64,000 nucleotides of DNA, from assembly GCA_036339735.1 (NCBI GenBank), contig JAYZAL010000100.1, positions 1 to 64,000 of the forward strand. Reading direction: 5' to 3'. A program made the translations under genes and the position numbers. This DNA comes from Candidatus Poribacteria bacterium (GTDB lineage: Bacteria > Poribacteria > WGA-4E > UBA9662). Positions 56,627-64,000 of this stretch are shown here, piece by piece. Each line of letters opens with the position of its first letter. Positions within the stretch are counted from its first letter, which is position 1. The notes under the pieces are model-generated. The model had not been told where the DNA came from and did no database searches. It saw only the letters and a list, made by a program, of their open reading frames with translations.

Positions 56627-58861
56627 ATGCGAAAAATGAAATGCACTCGTTTAGTCCTGTTACTTGTTTCTTTTATCCTTCTGTGTTCGACAGATTTGGT
56701 TCTTGGTCAAAGAATTTCAAAAAAAATCCTCACTGAAGGTGAAGGTAATTTCACTGCACCTATTACTGTCGGAAAAGGCATGCCTTTTTCTATCACTTTT
56801 AACGAAATTGAAATCATTACAGAAGTGAATATTTCTAGTACGGACTTTAGTAGTACGGTCAAATCGAGTAGCGGGACAATCGACGGGGAACCCCTCACCA
56901 TTACTTTAGCTCCGGGAACCTACACAATTAAAGAAACATACTACGGCTCTGTGGGAGCAGCAAAAACGTTGATTCCTATTCCAACTCTTGAGATACCTGA
57001 GATTGTTATCGAGCGGAAACTTTCAGTGGGAGCCTTAAGCGAATATACCATTGAGCTCGCGACTACTATTTACAATTTGAGAGTGAAATTGGATGGTGAT
57101 TTTGAAGGTAGCATGCGTATTCGAGAAACAGTTGGAAACCAAGTAGTAGTTCCATTCAAAAGTGTTAAGAAATTGAATAAAGGAACGGAAATTACCTATC
57201 AGGCCGAGTTCTCCGCCTTTGCCGCATCAGAAACCAAGATTAGTAGCCGAGAAATTGTGACACCGGAAGTCTCTCTTAGCTTAAATTCAGATAATCAGAT
57301 AAAAATCAATTGGTATCAAATACCAGGTGCGGAAAGCTACCAAGTCTACCGTTCTCTTACACCAACACCTGATTTGGGTAGTATCGATCCAATAGCGAGA
57401 GGAGTTACAGAAACCACGTTTGTTGATGCAAGCGCCGACCTGAATACAGTTTATTACTACAGTGTTTCGGCTATTGGCTTGAATGGTGGTATTCCACAAA
57501 TAGCAGCAGATGTACCCAATGCTACGTTGTGGATTAATGAGAATGGTAGTACATGTGAATACATCGACGGTACAAAAATTGTTTTTCCAGCGAACTTAGC
57601 TGGTACTTCCGAGAATCTTTATTTGGCTTCAGTATCCACGATATCCAACGACTCGGTCATAAAGCTTGAATCTGCTATCGATGAAAAATCTTATGTCGTG
57701 TCGATTTTTGGGCAAAACCCAGTTTTTAACTTTGATTCGTCAGCTCGTTTAACACTGAAATACTCTGATGGAATAGATAATGAGGTTACAACCCCCCAAA
57801 TTTTTGCCTTGCGAGGTAATAAATGGATACGATTAGTCAACCAAACAACTGACTTAGATAATAACACTGTAACTGCTGACATCAAATCACCAGGTATATA
57901 TAGTTTAGCCTCATTTGAGATTAACAAAACTACAGAAAACCCTTGGGACATCAATAGAGACAGCAACGTTAACATATTTGACTTAGTACTAGTTGCAGGT
58001 CAGTTTGGTGAGAATGGAAAAAACTTGAAAGGTGATATTAACGGAGACAATAGTGTTAACATATTCGATTTAGTCTTGGTTGCGAGTCATTTTGGCGAAA
58101 CTTACGATTCTGCTGCTCCTACTGTTTTTACTTCCAATTTAGCACCTAGTTTTGAGGTTAGTTTGAGGAGTATTTCAGCTGACAAACGTGATACAACGAC
58201 TTTTCAGATTCTAATTGATGGACTTGACTCTTTAGAACAATTAGCCGGATATCAAGTAACTATCTGCGGATTGGAAAACGATTTAAGGGTTATTGATGCA
58301 GGGTCAGTCTTTTTACCCAGATCGACGTATTCAGTTCCGAACCAACGCAGAGGAGACCAAGTAACAATTAGTGCAGTTGCTTATGGTAAAAAAAATAATA
58401 AATCTAAAATTTATACGAAAGAGCAAGCTGTTTTGACTACATTTCAGTTGAGTAGCGAAGAGAAGGGTATTAGGCTACAGAATGTTCTTCTTTCCAATGT
58501 AGATGGTAATTCCATTCCATTGGTTATCAATACAGATATTCAGACAACATTGAATGAACATTTGCCAATCAAAACGGAGGTCAAACAGAATTACCCTAAT
58601 CCGTTCAATCCTGAAACCTGGATTCCTTTTTCTGTCGATTCAGATACTGTTGTTCGATTAATCGTTTACAACTACGGTGGAGCAGTAATAAGAGAAATCG
58701 ATTTAGGTGTGGTCAGTCAAGGCCGTTATATAAATAAAGACGAAGCAATACATTGGGATGGCCGAAATCAGTATGGTGAAGAGGTTGCTAGTGGGGTTTA
58801 TTTCTACCGTTTGCATACCACAAATACTACTTCAGCTAAAAAAATGACCATAATGAAATAA
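56627..58861 (+). CDS. Secreted protein with FN3, dockerin-like and cohesin-like modules and a T9SS type A-like CTD
   Basis: Signal peptide (start at 56627 or 56636; ORF track GTG 56612); FN3 (INWYQIPGAESYQVYRS...YYYSVSA); duplicated DINxDxxVNIFDLVLVA..FGE; C-terminus QNYPNPFNPETWIPF...WDGRNQYGEEVASGVYFY. Confidence 0.85.
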   Translation: MRKMKCTRLVLLLVSFILLCSTDLVLGQRISKKILTEGEGNFTAPITVGKGMPFSITFNEIEIITEVNISSTDFSSTVKSSSGTIDGEPLTITLAPGTYTIKETYYGSVGAAKTLIPIPTLEIPEIVIERKLSVGALSEYTIELATTIYNLRVKLDGDFEGSMRIRETVGNQVVVPFKSVKKLNKGTEITYQAEFSAFAASETKISSREIVTPEVSLSLNSDNQIKINWYQIPGAESYQVYRSLTPTPDLGSIDPIARGVTETTFVDASADLNTVYYYSVSAIGLNGGIPQIAADVPNATLWINENGSTCEYIDGTKIVFPANLAGTSENLYLASVSTISNDSVIKLESAIDEKSYVVSIFGQNPVFNFDSSARLTLKYSDGIDNEVTTPQIFALRGNKWIRLVNQTTDLDNNTVTADIKSPGIYSLASFEINKTTENPWDINRDSNVNIFDLVLVAGQFGENGKNLKGDINGDNSVNIFDLVLVASHFGETYDSAAPTVFTSNLAPSFEVSLRSISADKRDTTTFQILIDGLDSLEQLAGYQVTICGLENDLRVIDAGSVFLPRSTYSVPNQRRGDQVTISAVAYGKKNNKSKIYTKEQAVLTTFQLSSEEKGIRLQNVLLSNVDGNSIPLVINTDIQTTLNEHLPIKTEVKQNYPNPFNPETWIPFSVDSDTVVRLIVYNYGGAVIREIDLGVVSQGRYINKDEAIHWDGRNQYGEEVASGVYFYRLHTTNTTSAKKMTIMK
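57944..58099 (+). repeat. Tandem duplicated EF-hand-like (dockerin type I-like) repeat
   Basis: DINRDSNVNIFDLVLVAGQFGE and DINGDNSVNIFDLVLVASHFGE; also visible in the DNA as a repeated GTTAACATATT(T/C)GA(C/T)TTAGT. Confidence 0.85.
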
Positions 58862-58892
58862 TGAGACCAAATAGGGGTAAAAGAAAATCCTT

Positions 58893-59522
58893 ATGGACAA
58901 AAGACAATTACTCGCTTGGCGTAGAGACCAAAATGATGATTTAACCCAGACTTCGAAATCTGCCGAATTACCTCTCAGAAGAAGGCGTGCCGCAATTCAG
59001 CATCGGGCAGCAGGTGGACTTAAACAGATGCGTGCCGAAGGATTCGGTCCGGCCTATGTCAAAAAACAAATTCAGCTCAAGACTCCAATGATATTCGGTT
59101 TGTATGGGTTAGAAGATTATCCTGTACGAATTGTGGAAGGTCGTATTCTTCGCGGTTACACATATATTCTAGATCTTCTGTTGGCTGGCGAGCGGTTTCG
59201 GGTGGAAAAGATCAATTTAATGTATATTTATAAAGTTGCTGACCAAGTTGAAATTGCACCCAATATTTCCTGTGACAAATCGATTCAGAGATTATCACTA
59301 GGTCCAGCTCGGCAAAAAGAAGAACGATACGAAATTGATGAAGAAATGTTGATCCGGTGTTTTAAGGAGAAAAGGATGATGACATTAGTTATTCGCACCG
59401 GAGAGAGTTTCACTGGCTACATTGACTGGTTCAGTAACTACGAAATTAAAATTCGTTTAGACGTTGTAAGAAAAGCTGTAGTTATTTTTCGACATGCTCT
59501 TTATCGTGCATCTGTGACCTAA
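58893..59522 (+). CDS. Hypothetical protein with a C-terminal Hfq/Sm-like domain
   Basis: LIRCFKEKRMMTLVIRTGESFTGYIDWFSNYEIKIRL...VVIFRHAL aligns by eye with the Hfq pattern FLNxLRxxRxPVxIYLxNGxKLxGxIxxFDxFVILL...MVYKHAI. Confidence 0.6.
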   Translation: MDKRQLLAWRRDQNDDLTQTSKSAELPLRRRRAAIQHRAAGGLKQMRAEGFGPAYVKKQIQLKTPMIFGLYGLEDYPVRIVEGRILRGYTYILDLLLAGERFRVEKINLMYIYKVADQVEIAPNISCDKSIQRLSLGPARQKEERYEIDEEMLIRCFKEKRMMTLVIRTGESFTGYIDWFSNYEIKIRLDVVRKAVVIFRHALYRASVT

Positions 59523-59618
59523 CTACAATTGCTCCAATGAATCGTGTCATGAAGCCAACTCGATCAATGAGCCTGATTAGGGCTTTTATCTCTGTATAAT
59601 TTTGTTTTCCCAAGAGAT

Positions 59619-60872
59619 ATGAAGCGAGTCGTTTCTCTCATATTCTTTTCTTTTTTCTTTTCTATGCTCTGGGCGGATGAGTTGAATCTTAAAAATTCGC
59701 CAAAAACGTCTGAATTATTTTTGCAAGCAGAAACAGCTTTTCAGTCGAATCAATGGGAAACTTCGTTATCTCTTTTTAATCAAGTTATAGAAATAAACCC
59801 CGAATCGGTTGCAGCTTGGGTTGGAATAGGTTTGTCTCTGAACCATTTAGGCCTATATTGGAGAGCAATTGAGCCAATTCAGCAAGCTGTTCGATTAGAA
59901 CCAAACGACGCAACCATTCATGCTATCCTTGCCCAGACCTATCTTAAAAACCGGCAGTATGTACAGGCAGATACGTGGTACCAAAAAGCTATCAAGATGC
60001 ATTTAGAAAACGCACCAGTGAAGTGGTACTTAGATCTTGGTTTTATCGAAACTCAACTTGGCAACTTAGAAAAAGCTCGTCGGTATTATCTTGTTGCTGC
60101 GCAATTATATCCAAGGTCAGTAGCTGCTTACCAGAATCTTGGTATCTTGCTATTGAATCAAAACCGGTTAGATGAAGCTGATGCTTGCTTCTATACAGTT
60201 TTGTCAATACAAAAAGATATTGGGGCTGCACTTTTTGGAAAAGGCGAAGTTGCCTTCAAGCGAACTGATTATACTCAAGCGATCGTTTTTTATCAACAAG
60301 CTATTGAAAGAGAACCAACGGTACCACAGTACCATCGAGCAATGGGCCAAACATTGTTAAGATTAGGTAAAGCCTCAGAAGCCTATCAGTACTTGGCCAA
60401 GTCAAAACGTTTGCGCGCCGAGCAATTTCGGCACGAGGCACACCGAGCTGCTCGTCAAAAGGATTGGCCTCAAGTTATTTCGAAGCTAAAACGCGCAATG
60501 GAGCGCGATCCTACATATTTATCCGTTGTAGAAGATTTAGCTTATGTCTATGTACAGCAGGAAAAATTATCATTGGCTGAATCAGTTTTGAGCACTGGAT
60601 TAATGCAAGTTAAAGACTGGGCTCCCGGATACTGGCAACGCGGCGAAGTTAGGTTTCAGCTGCGAAATTATGACTTAGCAGAAATTGATCTTAGAAAAGC
60701 TATTGAACTTGCACCTTCAGCAGCCCCTCCCAAGTTTGCCTTAGCTCAATTGTTATTCGAACAAAAAAAGTCATTGGCAGAGGCTTTAGAATTAGCTGAA
60801 ACGGTTAATCGATTGACACCCAAAGCCAAATATCATCAGCTGTGGCTGGATGTAAAAAATTATATCGACTAA
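59619..60872 (+). CDS. Exported TPR-repeat protein
   Basis: Signal peptide followed by many 34-aa TPR-like units. Confidence 0.85.
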   Translation: MKRVVSLIFFSFFFSMLWADELNLKNSPKTSELFLQAETAFQSNQWETSLSLFNQVIEINPESVAAWVGIGLSLNHLGLYWRAIEPIQQAVRLEPNDATIHAILAQTYLKNRQYVQADTWYQKAIKMHLENAPVKWYLDLGFIETQLGNLEKARRYYLVAAQLYPRSVAAYQNLGILLLNQNRLDEADACFYTVLSIQKDIGAALFGKGEVAFKRTDYTQAIVFYQQAIEREPTVPQYHRAMGQTLLRLGKASEAYQYLAKSKRLRAEQFRHEAHRAARQKDWPQVISKLKRAMERDPTYLSVVEDLAYVYVQQEKLSLAESVLSTGLMQVKDWAPGYWQRGEVRFQLRNYDLAEIDLRKAIELAPSAAPPKFALAQLLFEQKKSLAEALELAETVNRLTPKAKYHQLWLDVKNYID

Positions 60873-61091
60873 GCTAATATTCTCTTCCTTACAAAAAAGA
60901 TTTACTCCCCCTGAGTTTGTTGCAAGCTGTTGAGAAAGCAACTAAATTCGTCTTCTCTATTGAACAGTATGTGTATCCGTGTCAGACAATTTAATAACAT
61001 TTGTACAACAAACTAACATGGCTATTTTATTTGTCGTAAACGACCTGATATAATTCCCATTGAACAAAACATGACTTTGTATTGATGTTAT

Positions 61092-62288
61092 TTGAATAGG
61101 AGTAAAAACATCCTAAAAAAACTTTCAAATGGTCCTAAAAACCATTTCTTTGGCTATTACGGAATTAATCCTTGGGATTTTTCTCAAACATATCATTTGG
61201 CGTTAGAAACTGACTTTCACGATTACGTACCCAAGCCGAATGATGTAGCCAAGATTGGTCTAATTGATCGCCGAACTGGTGATTTTACTACCATTTCGAC
61301 TACTTCAGCTTTCAATTTACAGCAAGGCAGTATGACTCATTGGATCAATAGCGATTGGGGGGAAGAGTTAACTCATAACGATTGGGAGGGTGATCAACTT
61401 GTTTCCCGAGCTATTAGCTTGGAAACGAAAAAGTGCCGTACTATCCAAGCTGCAATCGCAGCGGTTTCACCTTGTATGTCTTACGCTATTGGCCTTAACT
61501 TTGCTCGTATGTCAGTTTGTCGACCAGTAATCGGCTATGCTAATTTGATCGCACCCGAAAGCTGGGAAAAAATACCAGATAATGATGGCCTTTTGTTTAT
61601 TAACTTGAAAGATGGCTCGGCAAACCTAATAATTTCAATCAAGGAAGTCGTTAATCAATCAAATTTAGCTATTTCTCAATGTGGATTGACATGGATTAAC
61701 CATGTCATGGTTAATCCATCAGGTACTCGTATTTTTTTCTTTTGTCGTTCTCGTCTGGTCAAACAAACCAAAGGATCAGGCTTCGTGACTTCGCTCTGGA
61801 CTATTAACCCCGACGGTTCTGATTTACAGTGTCAAATCCCTTTTGGGAATAAGGTTTCTCATTTTGCTTGGCGTGATGAAAAAAGAATGTTGATGTCAAC
61901 GGATGTGCTTGGTCAAATGCAATTCGTGGAGTTTACCGATAATCAGGGAGATTTCACTCCTGTTGGGTTTGACAAGCTACCTTCGGACGGGCATGCTTGT
62001 TATTCGCCAGATGGCAAATGGTTGATAACAGATACATACCCTGACCAACGCACCAGACTTTCAAAGCTTTTACTTTATCATTTAGAAAGTGGGCAGCTGA
62101 TTCAATTGGGTGATTTGTATGCCGCACCACAGTTTACAGGGACCATTCGTTGTGACCTACACCCTCGTTGGTCCTTGGATAGTCAGTTCGTAACTATCGA
62201 CTCGGTCCATCAAGGAGATCGCCAAGTTTATATTGCTGAATTATGTGAATACGATCAATTTGTCGCGCTAAGCTCGTCGAACCAATGA
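61092..62288 (+). CDS. Beta-propeller protein (TolB / oligogalacturonate lyase-like)
   Basis: HFFGYY..NPW, NLQQGS, WINH..VNPSG, SHFAW, DGHACYSPDGKWLITDTYP, RCDLHPRWS. Confidence 0.7.
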   Translation: MNRSKNILKKLSNGPKNHFFGYYGINPWDFSQTYHLALETDFHDYVPKPNDVAKIGLIDRRTGDFTTISTTSAFNLQQGSMTHWINSDWGEELTHNDWEGDQLVSRAISLETKKCRTIQAAIAAVSPCMSYAIGLNFARMSVCRPVIGYANLIAPESWEKIPDNDGLLFINLKDGSANLIISIKEVVNQSNLAISQCGLTWINHVMVNPSGTRIFFFCRSRLVKQTKGSGFVTSLWTINPDGSDLQCQIPFGNKVSHFAWRDEKRMLMSTDVLGQMQFVEFTDNQGDFTPVGFDKLPSDGHACYSPDGKWLITDTYPDQRTRLSKLLLYHLESGQLIQLGDLYAAPQFTGTIRCDLHPRWSLDSQFVTIDSVHQGDRQVYIAELCEYDQFVALSSSNQ

Positions 62289-62575
62289 TATTACTGATAC
62301 CGGAAAAGCGAATAAGGAACAAATTTTCAGAGAGTCCTATTTTTGTCCACAAAACTGAGACATAAACAAAGCACTAAAAAACTGACCCCCTAGAACTTAT
62401 TTTTGCCGAAATACTGAAAAGACGAGAATTTGTGTTAACCTTTCAACGTTGTCCGTTATCATTGGAAGTGATTGCAAATTCGAGCAAGCCCTCCAGTGTC
62501 TTTTTTCGGACTAGCTTTATCCCATAAATCAACACAGGTATTGTATATTTTCGGTTAATTTTTCATGAGATTTGT

Positions 62576-63286
62576 CTAGGCCCTACCATAGACAGGAACA
62601 GTTGCCCCATTAATTATACTTGCCTGCTCAGAAATCAAGAAACCAACTACCTGGGCAATCTGGTGAGGTTTAACCCAAAGACTGTGGTCCTCATTGGGCA
62701 TTGCTTGTCGGTTTGTTGGGGTATCAATAATCGATGGCATAATAGCATTAACGTTGATTTTCTTATCTTTCACCTCTTCAGCAATAGATTCAGTCAATAT
62801 GCGAACTCCAGCTTTAGCTGTCGAATAAGCACTCATTCCAGCTGTTCCCTTCAAACCAGCCCTTGCTGAAACATTGATGATTTTCCCATACTGGCGTTCC
62901 ATCATATGAAATAATACAGACCGACAGCAGAGAAATACCGACTTGAGGTTCAAATTCATCATAAATTCCCATTCATCCAACGTCATTTCTGCTGTTAGGT
63001 TTCCGCCGACAAATCCTCCAGCTATATTGGCTAACAAATCTATTTTTCCGAATTTTTCCAAAGCCGTTTCTGTCAGTTTATCAACTTCATCAGCTTTGGT
63101 AAGGTCGGTTGAGACTAATGATACGTCCATCATTTTGTTGCCAATCTTACGCTCAAATAGTTCAATTTCATCCTCAATAAAGGAGGGAACTATTAGACGG
63201 TATTGATTTGACAACAGGTATTGGCAAATGGCGGTTCCCAATGCCCCTGTTCCTCCAGTTACAATTGCTGACTTGTAGTTAGCCAT
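62576..63286 (-). CDS. SDR family oxidoreductase
   Basis: VTGGTGALG, NIAGG, NVSARAG, YSTAK, NAIMPSIIDTP. Confidence 0.9.
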   Translation of the reverse strand: MANYKSAIVTGGTGALGTAICQYLLSNQYRLIVPSFIEDEIELFERKIGNKMMDVSLVSTDLTKADEVDKLTETALEKFGKIDLLANIAGGFVGGNLTAEMTLDEWEFMMNLNLKSVFLCCRSVLFHMMERQYGKIINVSARAGLKGTAGMSAYSTAKAGVRILTESIAEEVKDKKINVNAIMPSIIDTPTNRQAMPNEDHSLWVKPHQIAQVVGFLISEQASIINGATVPVYGRA

Positions 63287-64000
63287 GAAATTCCTCTTTT
63301 GACTTCGTCAAGTTTGTCTCATTAGATATTGTTTGATCCACTGTCACGCGGTAAATTCGTCTATTATCTGCTTCTAAAACTGAAAGTTTCAATCTATCAA
63401 TTTGGAAGGTTTCTCCTTTTTCCGGTACTCGTCCAAAATGATCAATCATTACACCACCAATTGTATCGACACTAACTACTTCTAAATTACTGTTAAAAAA
63501 ATCGTTAAAATCATCAATGTTCATTCGAGCATCAACGGAATAAATATCTGACGATATTTGAATGCACTCAACTTGTTCTTCTGTGTCGTATTCATCCTGA
63601 ATCTCGCCAACTATTTCTTCAATAATATCCTCTATTGTTACTAAACCTGCAGTGCCACCATACTCATCAACAATAATTGCTAAGTGTAATCGACTACTCT
63701 GCAAGTCTTGAAATAGGTCCCATATTTTACGGCTTTCTGGCGTAAAATATGGAGGACGACTTGACACAAGCTGTTCTAAATCGACCGTTTCCCCTTTAGA
63801 CCAACAATCTAACAATTCTTTGACATGCAAAATACCAATTATATTGTGGCTATGGTCTACTCGATCACGGTACACTGGAATACGAGAGTGCCTAGATTGA
63901 ATAGCTGCGCGTAAGATTTCGTCGATACCTGATTTAGCTTCTAGATGAACTATGTCGGTTCGAGGTATCATGATTTCGCGGACTACTTTATCTGGCAGGC
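63279..64000 (-). CDS. HlyC/CorC-family CBS-domain protein, C-terminal part; starts beyond the window end
   Basis: Frame stays open past ORF-track start 63971 (LPDKVVREIMIPR); HSRIPVY, AIIVDEYGGTAGLVTIEDIIEEIVGEIQDEYD, DTIGG. Confidence 0.9.
   Translation of the reverse strand, partial: LPDKVVREIMIPRTDIVHLEAKSGIDEILRAAIQSRHSRIPVYRDRVDHSHNIIGILHVKELLDCWSKGETVDLEQLVSSRPPYFTPESRKIWDLFQDLQSSRLHLAIIVDEYGGTAGLVTIEDIIEEIVGEIQDEYDTEEQVECIQISSDIYSVDARMNIDDFNDFFNSNLEVVSVDTIGGVMIDHFGRVPEKGETFQIDRLKLSVLEADNRRIYRVTVDQTISNETNLTKSKEEFHG

Noticed and set aside
56627-58861. Cellulosome component
   Set aside because: No glycoside hydrolase or carbohydrate-binding module recognised in this protein or its neighbours.
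62289-62575. ncRNA or terminator in the 287-nt gap between convergent genes
   Set aside because: Only a weak interrupted hairpin near 62460-62500; no recognisable RNA family.
1-64000. CRISPR arrays, tRNA/rRNA, IS elements, integrases, prophage, reverse transcriptase or DGR
   Set aside because: No regularly spaced DNA repeats, RNA-gene signatures or corresponding protein motifs found by eye; the repeats seen are protein-level and diverged.

Overview
Gene-dense bacterial chromosomal window with no tRNA, rRNA, CRISPR array or mobile element that I can support. The C-terminal sorting domains (NYPNPFNPETW...WDGRN..GE.VASGVYFY) and the dockerin-like D(I/V)NxDxxVNIFDLVLVA repeats suggest Candidatus Poribacteria; this is inference from recalled family features, not a search. 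Contents in order: (1) 1-9.3 kb, minus-strand run of membrane protein, secA, Trm112-like protein, GT4, a CapD/PglF-type dehydratase interrupted by one in-frame TAG, sugar transferase, galU and partial sppA; (2) nfo, a small zinc-ribbon protein, an MBL hydrolase and copZ; (3) 11.9-41.8 kb, two giant secreted repeat proteins (about 4158 and 3416 aa), two PorV/PorP-like beta-barrels, a LysM coiled-coil protein and a third CTD-bearing protein, together a type IX secretion-like surface-display locus with several CTD variants; (4) housekeeping genes (adk, glycerate kinase, HAD, TPR-glycosyltransferase, mraY, class IV aminotransferase, AlkA family, M42 peptidase); (5) 48.1-55.0 kb, the best candidate for a little-described system: a compact operon with an ElbD-like FAR-AMP-binding-ACP-acyltransferase protein, an alkyl-DHAP synthase and a DHRS7B/PexRAP-like SDR, which together could form a complete eukaryote-style ether-lipid pathway; (6) bioA, a dockerin/cohesin-like CTD protein, an Hfq/Sm-like protein, TPR, beta-propeller, SDR and a partial CBS/CorC gene. 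Functional calls come from motif recognition only.
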